Below are positions 41,721 through 54,963 of a stretch of 64,000 bases of DNA, piece after piece. The notes below the pieces were generated by a model. The model was not told where the DNA came from. It searched no databases and saw only the letters and a program-made list of their open reading frames with translations. Positions within the stretch are counted from its first letter, which is position 1, and each line of letters starts with the position of its first letter. Origin of the DNA: Octopus bimaculoides (lineage: Eukaryota). The position numbers and the translations under genes are program-made. The stretch spans positions 128,913,852 to 128,977,851 of the forward strand of contig NC_068982.1 in NCBI RefSeq assembly GCF_001194135.2, in the 5' to 3' direction.

Positions 41721-42053
41721 AATTGAATTTATTATAACTAAAATGACAACCACATTTCTTGTATACTAGAGTGATTTTAATCTGATAGATAAGTGAAAGT
41801 CTGAATTTCTCAACTCTTTTTTTTAATGACCTTGTAGTCACTTGGTACTGCTATAGCAATTATTAACATACAATATTTTCTACAAGGCAGTTTTGTTGTA
41901 TATAGAAAAGGCATTATTTTCTGAATTGTAACATATTTGTACTATAATGTCATTTCCAAAGACATGAATATATAAAGCTTTATCTCTAAGAAAATGAAGT
42001 TGTTCTGTTATGTGTGTGTATGCATATATAATATAATATATACATGCAAATAT

Positions 42054-42109
<56 letters not shown>

Positions 42110-43070
42110 GCGTAAATATGTATGTATACATGTGCATATATGTAAGTACATGTGTGTATACACACACTTTGGTACTTCGTGTTTCTAAATATAATTTGTG
42201 GGGCAGGTATAAGATATCTAGTACATATACAGTATACTGTTTGAAGAAACTTATCACTTATATCAATATGATCATTGCTATGTTCTGTTTTATTACCACT
42301 ATTATTATTAGTCATTATACACAAATGTTATGAAGCAAGAGATAAGCTTCTGATAAGTCAGATGTATAATGTGGATTCAATTCCAGATTAAGGCCATTTT
42401 CTTTTATAAAGGACAATAGTGTCAAGAAGAAGAAACCAATACATGAGGTTCAATTTCTCCCCAGGATTGATTTAAACATTTCACCTCTCAAGAATTTGAT
42501 AAACTAAATAATGGGCTTGTGTTGAGATTGATTCAATCCATTGAACCTCTTCCTTAAAAATTTGTGCCATTGTGTCCATGTAATGAATTGCCATTGCTGG
42601 TGTGTATTGACAAGCAAGGGATAAAACAAGTAAGGATCTACTATATGGGGGTGAGTTTCAGGTGAAGTCATTTCATTAATACTGCTAAAGCCGTATCATA
42701 ACCTTTTCCATTTCTATGATATAGTGTTTGAATTTCAAGTTATAAAAATATCATAATTACATTTAGGGAGGGGGTGATGTTATTAAGATATAATTATTGT
42801 TATTATTATTACTATCATTGTTATTATTTTCAGCTAATTGCATGACAATTATAAAATATATTCTTAAAATTTATGAAGTAGTTTTTGATTATTCAATGTT
42901 CTTATGTATTCCCTGATCAGAGAATGTTCTGCAAGTGAAAATATTTTGAGACACCAGATGAGACTTTATAACTATTTTATGTGATTACCTATAAAGAATT
43001 ACAAGAAATTATTTTGGCAAATATGGTTCATTCACAAAGAATAGAAATAATATAAAGCATTGGTACTTAC

Positions 43071-46000
43071 ACAATACAGTAATGTAAGCTGATGAAGTCA
43101 CTGTGCCAAATTCATTAGTTGCAATAACAGAATATAAACCTTGATCTTCAGGAAACACTTCTTCAACGATGTATTCAGAACGATAACCTTCTTGTCTGAT
43201 ATGAACGCCTGGTGAAGGAGCAAGTTCGACTTGATTCAAATACCATTTCACTTCTGGCATAGGTGTTCCACTGACAAATACTTCCATATGGAGAACATGA
43301 TTTTCAACAACGGTAATATCTTTTAAGCTGACTTCAAATGAAGGCATCTTACTTTCTTCCACAGTTTCTGAAATTACTTCAGTTACAAGGTTTTCAACAA
43401 ATGTTTCCAAAATCTCAGGTACCTCTTCATATTGAGCTTGCAAAGTTTCAATTGGCATATCTTTAGCTATAGCTGTTTCAGTCGATGGAAGTGTGACTTC
43501 AGTCAAATTTGGTTGTTCAAAAGCTTCTACAACAGAGCGAGTAGTGGTTTCAGTGATTGGTTGTGTTTTCACGGATTGAGTATCCAACTCAACACCAATA
43601 ACACTCAAGTTCATTGTATCTTGTTGTTTCACATTATCAATTACAGATGGTTCAAGTAATTCTTCAGTGACATCTGCCTTACTTTCAGAAGGAGCTAAGG
43701 GAGCACAGACATTACTTAGAGGTGATACCTCTCTTTCATCTGTTTGCTTTTCAACTTCACGTGTTAACTCATATGTTTTAAGTTCCTCAACAACTTCTTC
43801 AAGTGGCACTGTTTGAGTAAGGAAGGCATCAGATGGTTTATATTTCACATCTAAATCTTGTACACTAGAAGGTTTTTCCATACTTTCAGTTTTATTTTCC
43901 TCCAGTTGCTTGACTTCAGGAATTTCAAATATCTCTTCAAGAACAACACTCTTTGCTGTTTTAGGAGAAATATGACCAGTAGTCTCTTCAGGAGCTGTCA
44001 CTTCCTCAACAACTGGTTGAGATGAAGTTTCTTCATCCAATGATATTATTGAAGATGATTCAGTAAATTCTTCTAGTGTAACAGATTTGCTCATGATTGG
44101 CATTGATTTTTCAGCCATTTCTTTTACTACTTTCATTTCAGCACTACTAAGTTTTTGCTCCACTTTTTCAGCAACATTTACAACTTCTGGCACTTCAATT
44201 ATAGATTCATCAGGTGCAGCTTGAGTTTCCCTTTCTACTCTCTGTTCATACTGTATTTGGAAGCTGGTTACACCTTCACTCTTCAAAGTCTCTACAGGAG
44301 CTTCTTCAAGATCCATTGTAGTTGCATGTTCTGTCATTTCCTCTAAAGCAAAAGCTTTTGCTGAAGTAGGATATGTTTTCTCAGGTTTGGTTGTAACTTG
44401 CTTAATTTCTTGAGTACTAGGCTTATATTCTGTTTTTTCTGGAAGATTCAATATCTCTGGGTGTTCTATCAATTCTATTTCTACAGCTGCTTTACTTTCA
44501 ACAGGGAGATTTTGCATGTATTGTTCACGTATGGATGAAACTTCATCAGGAACAGTTTTTTCTTCTACTTCTTCTTGAACATCACTTGCAGTTGCCTCGT
44601 CAATAAGTTCTTGCATAGCAACAGTTTTAGCAGCAGTTGGTAAGTGTTTCTCAATAGTTTCAGTAATAACCTTATCAATTTCTTGAACAGTTGTCTTTTC
44701 TTCAACACTTTCACTGATACTAAATACATCTGGATGCTCAATAGCAACAGTTTCAATATCAACTTTAGTTTCTTTCGGTAAAAGTTGATCTGTTTCATGA
44801 ACAATAGAAACAATTTCCTGTCCTAAGGTTGTTTCCTGATCTAGTTCCTTAACATGTGTTACAACATTTTCAGGAACATCTTCTGAAAGGAGTGTTGATT
44901 TAGAAATAACAGGCGAATCAATTGCAGATGTTTCAGCAATTACTTGTACTTCAGAAGAAGTTGTTTGTTCTTGAACTTTACTATCAATATCAAATACCTC
45001 TGGCTGCTCAACTCTTTCCAGTCCAACAGCTACTATACTTTCTTTGGCATGTTTCTCTTCAACTGTACGAACATCCAAAGTTATTTCTTCCATTTCAGTT
45101 GTTTCTTCGGGAAGTTCATGTAATTGTGTCACTACAGATTCTTCTGTTAGTTCTTTCATAACAACAGACTTAGCAACTGTTGGTTGTTGTTTCTCAACTT
45201 CAAAAGTAACACCAGGAATACTTGCAACATTTGTTTGTTCTTCAACTTTGCCATCAATAGCAAAAACTTCAGGTTGTTCAAAACTTTCCATTTCCACAGA
45301 TACTTTAGTTTCTTTGGCATATTTCTCTTCAACCTTATGGATATCCAAAGTGATTTCTTGTACATCAGTTGTTTCTTCAGGAAATTCTTGCAACTCTGTC
45401 ACAACTGATCCTTCAGTGACCTCCTTGATAACAGCAGACTTAGCGACTGTTGGTTGTTGTTTTTCAGCCTCTTTGGTAACAGATACTATTTTCTGAATAT
45501 GTGTTTGTTCTTGAACTTTACCATCAATACTTACAACTTCTGGTTGCTCTAGACTTTCCATTTCAACAAGTACTTTACTTTCCTTGGCATGTTTCTCTTC
45601 AACTTTATGGATATCCAGAGTGATTTCTTCTATGTCAGTTGTTGCTTCTGGAAGTTCATGTAACTCAGTAACTATAGATTCTTCAGTGACTTCTTTCATA
45701 GTGACAGATTTTGCAACTGTTGGTTGTCGTTTTTCAGCTTCTTTGGTAACTCCAGGTACACTTTCAATGGTTGTTTGTTCTTCGGTACTGCTAACAATAT
45801 GAAATACTTGTGGTTGATCAACACTCACCGTTTCAAGAGATACTTTGCTTTCTTCTGCAAGCAGTTGTTCAACTTTCTCTTCAACTTGAACAATATCCCT
45901 TGTTACAGGTGTCTCTATTTTCTGTTCAAAGTCAAATATTTGAGGTTGCTCCAAGTCTTCAACCTTTTCAACAACTTTCGTTTCAGTGGCAAATCCTGCT

Positions 46001-46451
46001 TCATGTTGCTGTGAAACAGAAATGACTGATTCAGATTTGACTTGTTCTTCTGAAACTGACTGCAATTCACTCAACTGACTTTGATCTGGGATTTGTATCT
46101 GGGAAGCTGCTCTAGCACTGATTGGTGATTCTATGTCAGCTTTTTGAATACTATCTTTAATTATTTGTGATGTGACCTGGAACTCAGCAATTTGCTTCTG
46201 ACTAATATCAGTAGTTGATTCTGCTTCACCAGTCAGAACCATCTCCACGGTTTTAGCAGTGTGATATTGCTTTTCAACTACACTAGTTCCTGGCAATTCA
46301 GTAGAAACTTCAGCAACTGAAGTCTCTTCTTGAATCAATTTCTTAACTTCTTCATAAGACAATTGCTTCAATTCAGTTTCTTCCAACACTGGTCTTGGAG
46401 ATGGAGCTTCCTGTGATGAAGCTTCTTCACTATCAGGAATATATTCATATG
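43071..46451 (-). CDS. Titin-like giant exon L (3381 nt): E/V/T-rich 90-aa modules plus terminal Ig9
   Basis: tgcag|CA TAT GAA...GTA TTG T|gtaagt; phase 1 to 1; 1126 uninterrupted codons; EEVFPEDQGLYSVIATNEFG. Confidence 0.95.
44000..45760 (-). repeat. Coding 270-bp (90-aa) module, 3 conserved plus several degenerate copies
   Basis: Anchor 'actgttggttgt' at 45176, 45446 and 45716; diverged P...(A/S)K...E copies continue toward 44000. Confidence 0.85.
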
Positions 46452-48559
46452 CTGCAATATTGAAAATAAAGAGATTAGACTTATGAACTCATTTTTACCT
46501 ACATATACTGAAACTATGAAGTTTGTAATTTTTCACCAGCTAATGATTAATCAATCAATTATTTGTACAGCTAATTAAGAAAATTTCTGTAAAATTACAA
46601 CTTTAAAATACAAAATATATAAATAGATAAATAAATAAATAATTAAATTATTCATTTTCAGTTACACATTTTTGTTGTTGTTTCATATTGAAATAAAATT
46701 CATAAGACATTCCAAAAGCTTACTAATCAACATAGAGATAAAATTTACAATGCAAGTTAATAGATGAGAAGCTGTTCATTTTGTCATGCAAAAAAAAAAA
46801 ATTATGATTAAACATCAAGGATGAATAATGAATGAGCAAAAAACAAAAATAGTAGCTGAGTGATTAAATCACAAATGAAAACTATACAATGAAAGCTCAA
46901 AGAAATATTAAAAGAAATTTGATAAAATTTATATGTATAGTAATGTATTCTATACCACTTTATTTCTTTTTTTTAATAAGTTTATAAACTCAGTTATTTA
47001 AGAAATTTGTAAGCAGTTCATAAACATAATTTACCATTAAAATGAAATTATTCTATCACTTGTAAGCATTAACAGTAGTTTTCATTAAATTTTTACAGTT
47101 ACATAATTTGTAAAATCAATAAATTTTGTTTTGCTTATGTTTTCTTTTCCATGAAAGCTTCTTTTTAATTAATAATTTCTAAGTTTCTATTTCTATTCAC
47201 TACATTCTCTTCAGATGTAGATTTTCATGAGATTTCATGTTGAGATTCTCTTTGAAGTAATTACAAAACCAGACACAGAAGCTTGGTGCAGGCTCCTGCT
47301 GGCTAACTCCTATCAAACCGTCCAACCCATGCCAGAATGGAAGAAGGATATTAAACGATAATGATGATAAGGATGATTATGAAATATCAACTGCATTGGC
47401 TTAAAGTTTAACATGACAGATTAAACTTTATTTTCAATTAATACATCCATGTATGCATACTCAATACACAATATACATTTCATATTTATTCTAAAATATT
47501 TATGTTATCTACTTTGCTTTAACCATTCTAATTATTCAATTTTATTTGTAAACTACATGGGGAAGAAAAACAATGACAAAGTCACCACTAAACATTTCAT
47601 TGTTGATTTGTGGTATATGAGTGTGTACCATATTGTGAATGTGTGTGTGTGTTTATGCATGCATGTGCACATTCATGCAAATATCTACATATGTACTAAG
47701 TCACCAAGATATATAGATCAGAAAGAGAACAATTTTGTTTCACTGACATTCACAAAAGAAAAGGACTGAAAATATGTGAGATGAGGAATTTGTCTACTAT
47801 AATAATGGGCATTGAAACTCAGTGTCATTACAAATTATGATTTAACATTGTTTTCATCATGTTATAAATGTTGTAAGCAAGAATGATTGACTATTGATGA
47901 AAAAGATAAATATTTCTTAGAATTAATAGTAACACAGATACTTTGTTTCACACCTCAAGATAATAAATATTTAAAAAGTAGACGGCTTCAAATATTTAAA
48001 GGAAAGATTAGATGAGAAGCTCAGTGTTTCAGAGTGATAAAAGAGATACTTTTAAAATTTTATCATCGTATCATTTGCATTATTTCTTAACACAAGCATT
48101 TAATTTATCTTTCAGGTATTCATTTCACTGATTAGACATATTTGCACTTGAAAGTAAATCTAACATTTTGCAGATATGGTATAGCTTGTTGTGGCTGAAG
48201 ATTAAAATTAAAGTTTAAATGCAAGATCTTAAATGTAATTTATTTTTTGGGGGGAGGAGGGGATAACAACAAGACTTTGAGATCACTATTGCAAGTAGAA
48301 CCACATATTACAAGAATTATCACAAGTTCCTTGATACCATAACCCTGAAGTATGAAGACAAGTAAACTAGAAGAGATGCAAGGCACCATCTAAAAATGAA
48401 TGTCCATCTAGTTTTAAGAATAGCAAAGAGGAGGACCCAGTAAAGTGGAAGATATGCTTTATGTGGAATTAGAATGTATAAATGAAATTAGGGGAAGTTA
48501 AACATTAGAGATTAGAAGGCCATATTTCATAGAAATTGGGAGATGTGTATGAAAGACAT

Positions 48560-48930
48560 GTCTTCTCATTTGCTGAATCTGGAGGAAGGACTAGTGCCCA
48601 TGGTCCTTGTAGACCCTTAATGTTCCTCTAGGTCAGTGGGAAAGATATGAACAGGGAAGAAATTCCAGAAAGCTGATGCCTTGGAAAGGAATGACAGAGC
48701 ATAATAATTAGAGGAGACCCTGGAGGCACAAGGATGGGGAGGGGTGTTATCACAAGGGTGATGGAAAGAGGAAAGGCGAGCGGGTTGGGAATATCTGAGT
48801 AGAAATGGTATAAACACAGTCAGCTCCAAAGAACAGAAGCCGTTATAGTAGAAACTGAAAAAGCAGAAAGAGGATACCGTACACCAATTGGTCAGGGCTA
48901 GAGCACATCTGTGAAAGCCTGCTTTTTATT
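48560..48930 (-). mobile_element. CR1/L2-group LINE C-terminal remnant
   Basis: ORF 48617..48829: ELTVFIP...HP...YALSFLSKASAFWNFFPVHIFP. Confidence 0.65.
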
Positions 48931-50164
48931 TTTAGTGGGATATTTTCTCCAGACACTTATTGGCTAAAAAATATCTTTGTTTTTAAAGAATAACCAATAT
49001 TCTAGTGAGCCATTAGAAGAAGGAGACTAATGTGAAGAATAATTTCAGTAAGAAGGAGAGTAAATGTCCTCAAGACATAAAAACAAGTGTAAAAAAACAC
49101 ATGATGATATTTTAGCTGAGTAGAAAAATGATAGGATAGTAGGATACTTAACTAGATTTGAGAGGTAAGATTTGAAGTAAGTAATGAGTACTATTAATGG
49201 AATACTTTGCAGCTTGCACCTACTTCCAAACTAAATTCTAAGAAATATTTGCACTCAGTACTCTAGAAGGAAAGATAGTGATTAAATCTGAACGAGTGCA
49301 TATGCCAGCCTTGAAGTAAATGCAACTGAGCTATGTTAACTAGTTTCTTTTTGTTCACTATCATAACTCATCTGATCGCTTAATAAGATTACAAAATTAA
49401 ATATACATATAAACTTTATTTGTATTCTTTGTTGTGTAAGATCAGTTACACAATTCTTCATTAGTTTTCATTGCAGCAAGTGAAACTAAGGTAAAAGTAT
49501 CAGTTTTCTATGATTGATTTTGTGAACCAAAAACTCTTAGCAGTACAACATTCAAAAGAGCTATAAACTGTTAAACATGACTACGACCTGAATTTAAATT
49601 AAATCCCTAAATAAATGAAAGCTTGTAATATTAAGAAAAACTTTTAGTTTGAGGAGTTTTTAAGAGCATTCCATTTAATTAATTTTTTTAAGCATGAGAT
49701 TTAATTTATTTTACATTATTTCATGCACAGACATAGAAATTAACAAAGCTTCAATATTTAATTACATAATGACAATGAAATAAAAATGCCTGTAAAGAAA
49801 TAAATGTTAGTAAAAATGAATGCAACAGAATTGTTTACTTACACTGACGAATAATTGTGGTTAATAGATGACAGATGATAAATGATGCTAATAAGAGATG
49901 CGAAACTTTTGAAAATCCTTTTAAATGTAATAAATAAAAAGATTTCAAATCTAAATATTTATACTAAGAACATGTAACTTTTCGAGGCAAATACTCAAGC
50001 AAATACTCAACATGATCATGGCTGTCAATAGCAGAAGCATAATAATATGTTGTAGTTTCATTAGCAGTTTTATGCATTATGCTTCTAACGATTAGAACAA
50101 GACAAGTAACGAAGGCAGAAACTAAATCTATGATGCTTCTAAACCTGCAACAATTATCACTTAC

Positions 50165-51929
50165 ATTCTATTTCCAAATACGCTCTACTAACAGCAGTAC
50201 CTAGAGCATTGGTTGCTTCACATTTATATTCACCAGCATCTTGTGGGAATACTTCAGAAATCAGTAAAGAACAACTTCCAGTTTCCTTATTGTATATAGA
50301 TTTGAAATCTTGGTTTTCGGAAATAGGTACTTCCTCGTGGTACCACACTATTTCTGGCATTGGCTGACCATCGATTTCACAGTAAAATTTTACTTCTTCA
50401 CCATCCATAACTTTCAATGATGTCAAATGCCAAGTAAATATTGGTGCTTTACCAGCTTTCTCAACAACTTCTTTTTCAACTGGTTTCTCTTTCTCTGTTA
50501 TTTCTTCCTTTATGACCTCTTCAACTACTGGCTGTTCCTCTTTTTTCAAAACAATTGTTTCACGAGAAACTGAAACCATATCTACTGTTTGCGCAGGTAT
50601 TTCAGCTACTTCTACAACTACTGGTTTATCAATTTGTGCATGTATTTCGACTACTTCTACAACTGGTGCATCAGTTTGAGCAGGTATTTCGACAATTTCT
50701 ACAACTGGTACATCAGTTTGTGCAGGCATTTCAACAACTTCAACTGGTACATCAGTTTGTGTAGGTATTTCAACTGCTTCTACAGCTGGTACATCAGTTT
50801 GTGTAGGTATTTCGACTGCTTCTCCAACTAGCACATCAGCTTGTGCAAGTATTTCAACTGCTTTTACAACTGGTACATCAGTTTGTGCAGGTATTTCTAC
50901 AACTTCAAGTGGTACATCAGTTTGTGCAGGTATTTCAACTGCTTCTGNNNNNNNNNNNNNNNNNNNNNNNNNNNNNNNNNNNNNNNNNNNNNNNNNNNNN
51001 NNNNNNNNNNNNNNNNNNNNNNNNNNNNNNNNNNNNNNNNNNNNNNNNTACAACTGGTACATCAGTTTGTGCAGGTATTTCTACAACTTCAAGTGGTACA
51101 TCAGTTTGTGCAGGTATTTCAACTGCTTCTACAGCTGGTACATCAGTTTGTGTAGGTATTTCAACTGCTTCTCCAACTAGCACATCAGCTTGTGCAAGTA
51201 TTTCAACTGCTTTTACAACTGGTACATCAGTTTGTGCAGGTATTTCTACAACTTCAAGTGGTACATCAGTTTGTGCAGGTATTTCAACTGCTTCTGAAAC
51301 TGGTGCATCAACTGTATCAGGGAGCAGAACTACTTGAACCTCAGGTGACTTCATTTTCATAACATGCTCCTTAACTTCAACTTCAATTCTTTGAGGTTGA
51401 AGAACTGGCTGTATTTCTTTCTGTGAAAGAACTGCAGGTTCACTTTCAGGTTGTTCTTTATGAAGTATTTCAATTGTTTCTTTATGGATGTTTTCACGTT
51501 CAATAACTACATCGTCCTTAGCAGGAATTTCTTCGGAAGTTATGTGAGTTGATTCATGAATTTCAGTTCTAGTTTCAGTCACGGGTTCACTAACTTGGAA
51601 TCGTAACTCTACAGGTGTAGATTTTTCTTTTTGATCTACTGTTAAAGTAGTAGTATGTTTTTCAGTAGCTTTTACATCAGCTGGAACTTCTTCAGTCTGT
51701 TCAAAATAAGAAGTTGTTGTAGATATTGTTCTAATTTCCTCTGTCTGAGTAACTTCCTCAGGTGCATCATAAAATAGGTCAGTTTCAGATTCTCTTCGAT
51801 CATCACATTGAAACTCTACATGTTCTTGATAGACAGTTTCATCAGGTAATTCTACTATTTGCGGCTGATCAACTATAATGGTTTGTTTATGTGTTTCATC
51901 AGATTCAATAGCTTCACTACCAGATGAAG
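50165..51929 (-). CDS. Titin-like exon K: acidic linker, 13-14-aa repeats, terminal Ig8; interrupted by an N gap at 50948..51048
   Basis: tcag|CT TCA TCT GGT...ATA GAA T|gtaagt; phase 1 to 1; open frames on both sides of the gap; the 1-nt frame offset is attributable to the gap estimate. Confidence 0.9.
50590..51300 (-). repeat. Coding 39-42-bp repeat (EAVEIPAQTDVPVV-like) with a 165-bp higher-order unit
   Basis: Repeated acatcagtttgtgcaggtatttc; higher-order anchors 'gcttct' ending at 51130 and 51295. Confidence 0.9.
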
Positions 51930-53326
51930 CTGAAATGAATTAAAACGCAAAAATATTTAAATGTATGTAAATTAATGTTTGACCACCACAAGAAACTAAC
52001 AGTGATTATCTTTCGCAGATAAATGGATATGATTAGCAAATGACGAAATATGAAATAAATGATTAGTAAATATAAACACAGATGGAAAGTAATTTGAAAA
52101 TATTCACACAAGAGAATTCGTGAAAAAATGGAATGTTATTTAACGTATTTATTGATTTGATTGTGTCATTATCAAGTTATCTTAAATAGAGGTATGTTAG
52201 TATAAATTGCAATTCTTGCAATTTAAAAAAATATTTTTGGTCAATCCAATTAAAATATATCATTTGATTATTTATCTTCTTGACATAGACGTTTTTTTCA
52301 CATAAACCTCATGGATTAGAGATTTCACTTACAGTAAGTTTACTAACATAAGCAAAGCAGCTATTTTAACTCAGTTTTGAAAATCTAAGTCTTCCACTCA
52401 TTCTGTTGATAAATTCAGTACAAAGTCAGTGGGATACAAATGATACACTTCAGGCTATTAAAACACTTATATCCAATAGCTTTTTCAGTATCCTTTATCT
52501 ATTTCCCATTTGTAAATAGTAAAAATTCCAAGAGAGCCTAAAACAGATTATTAAAATTCAAAGATTGCTGCAGTCTAATGACTAAAACAAGTAAAAGATT
52601 AAAGATTTAAAAAAGCATAATATTATGGAAACACACGCACTGTCTAATCATATATTTCCTTGATTATAAGAACATTTATATAAAACATTTTTCTAAACAT
52701 TTTCAAAGTATATTTTCTGTCTTTTCATAATTTTAACTTACTTGTATTCTATCTTTATATTTATGAATGAAGCATTACTAAGTCACAGAAATAGTTGAGC
52801 AAACAGATTAACCCTTTTGCATTTAAACTGGCCCTTTATCCAGCCCTAATATTATAACTGTTTTATGTTCAAACTAGTTGGATCCAACCTCTCACACCTA
52901 TCTTACAACATCATTTTAAAAATAAACTATCACATCATTGAAATCTTGAAGCTACAAGATAACACACTATTACTACAAAATGATGTGAATAAATTAAGCA
53001 TTACATTTGGCAGAGTAATCTGAAGGCTAAAGGGTTAAATGCTTCACTGTTTTCTTTGTGTTCTAAATTCAGCTCTCAACAGAATCAACTTTACCTTTCA
53101 TCCCAGATGACAATAAAATAAATCCTGGTAATACGGAAGTCAATTGGATCAACTACACCTCTAATCCAATGAAAAGTGGGTTTATATCTAATGAAATAAT
53201 TCAATAATGATAATGGGAATTCAATAATGATAATGAATTAATAAAATTTGTTAGTATATTAAATAAAATAAATGGAAAATGACACCAAAACAATTTTATA
53301 AAGATCTTTGTAAAAAGTAAACTTAC

Positions 53327-53638
53327 ATGTGACTGTCAGTTTGCATGTTGTTATTGTCTCACCATACTCATTTGATGCAGAACAAGTGTATTCTCCTTCA
53401 TCTTCAGGGAATACTTCCACAATAATGAGAATACTTTCTTTTCGTTCATAATCTACAGTAATTTGTATATCATTGGTGGATGTTATAACTTTACCATCAT
53501 AAAACCATGTTATTTTTGGCAAAGGTTGGCCAGTGAAACGCACTCTAAATTCTGCTCTATCGCCATCATGAACAGTATATGGCTGAAGTAATTCTGTGAA
53601 TTCAGGAGCTGCTGGCTCAGTAAGTGGTGCTTCAATTT
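53327..53638 (-). CDS. Titin-like exon J: Ig7 (APEFTELLQPYTVHDGDRAEFRVRFTGQP...EVFPEDEGEYTCSASNEYG)
   Basis: ag|AA ATT...ACA T|gtaagt; 312 nt, phase 1 to 1. Confidence 0.94.
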
Positions 53639-53984
53639 CTAAATTAAATACATATAAATTGAAACTCAGTAAAATCTTATTTAAAAAGATGTACTTTAAT
53701 CAAAATATTTTCATAACTTTTATGGTTTCCTGTGTAAATATTACTCTATTATTATGCTTCATTATTAACTCATATAACATCATAGTGAGTTTATATTGAA
53801 ATTATAATTATAAACTATACTTACAAAGCAAAGGAATTTTATATGATGTCAATTCTAAAATGCTGCAACTGGGAACTATTATGTTATCATTAAATTTATC
53901 AGATAACCAGTAGAATTTAAAGATTTAATCTCAAACATTTGCAACTTTTAACTTTATGTGCTAAAAAATATACATCATACTTAC

Positions 53985-54199
53985 GTTTCATCACATTGAT
54001 AGATGCTCTACTTATTGATACACCTTCTTTATTTTCCATACGGCAAATGTATTCTCCAGTATCTTCATATGTTGCATTTACAATCAATAATATTGATGTA
54101 TTATGTTCAATAAACATTTTCCTGTTAGGTGTCGGTCGAACCTCAACCTCATTGATATACCAGGAGACATTGGGTTCTCCAGTCAACTGGCATATTAGT
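53985..54199 (-). CDS. Titin-like exon I: core of Ig6 (LICQLTGEPNVSWYIN...DTGEYICRMENKEG)
   Basis: tcag|A CTA...AAA C|gtaagt; 215 nt, phase 2 to 1. Confidence 0.92.
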
Positions 54200-54963
54200 C
54201 TGAGATAAAAATAGAAAGAATCATATTGAAATTAAATTAAATAGATTTAAAGGTGTATAAAAAGACAAAGATAGTTACTTTATTAACAAAATTTGTAAAA
54301 AGATTAGCTCTTTAATGCTTAGTTCTATAAATAAAACTTAGCTCTATAAATAGAATTAAATCTACAATGAAATGAAATTTAAAATATCTATTTATTTATT
54401 AAATTGAGACTTTTCAAAGAATACATTTCTATATATTAAATATAAATATAAACAAATATGATACTATATGTGATATATAAAGAAAGAAAAAAAAGCAACT
54501 GCCTAACCTATAGAAGTCTAATCTTAATCCACCTCATCATCATCATTTTAGTGTATTTCTATTAACTCAGCTATATATTTGCTCAGAAATTTAATATATA
54601 TGTGTGATCTTTGTAAGCAAAAGAGGGATGCAAATAGTGCTGTTTGTTTCCAGTTAGTCATGAAAATGTGTCCAGTCTGTTCATTTTTCAGTAAACTAGA
54701 AAACTATTATCTTGTTTATAAACAGGTGAAGATTGGAGCCAGAAAGGACATCCAGCCATAGAAAACTCTGCCCTAATGTAGTCTCATCTGACCAATGATG
54801 ATTATGATGATGATTTCAACATTTCTAAACAACTTTCATTTTACAATTACTTAAGAAAAAATGGTTCCTTATTATTTATTGAAACTTTTCTGGTTCACAA
54901 TTCTAATAACCAAAATTAGAATAAAATGATGAACATTTTCTATGTATAATTTAGGATAATTAC

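Noticed and set aside
43009-43070. Hydrophobic read-through tails after exons L, J and F
   Set aside because: Expected from translating T-rich intron; strong canonical donors precede them.
49964-50144. About 59-codon frame with a hydrophobic stretch (IIDLVSAFVTCLVLIV) after a tgcag
   Set aside because: Needs phase 2 while neighbouring donors are phase 1, lies only 20 nt from the exon K donor, and the phase-1 frame stops after GLEAS.
50948-51048. Apparent frameshift or pseudogenisation in exon K
   Set aside because: The offset falls entirely within an N gap of estimated size.
36568-51337. Plus-strand and alternate-frame ORFs overlapping the giant exons
   Set aside because: Shadow frames of biased, repetitive coding sequence; no independent splice or start context.
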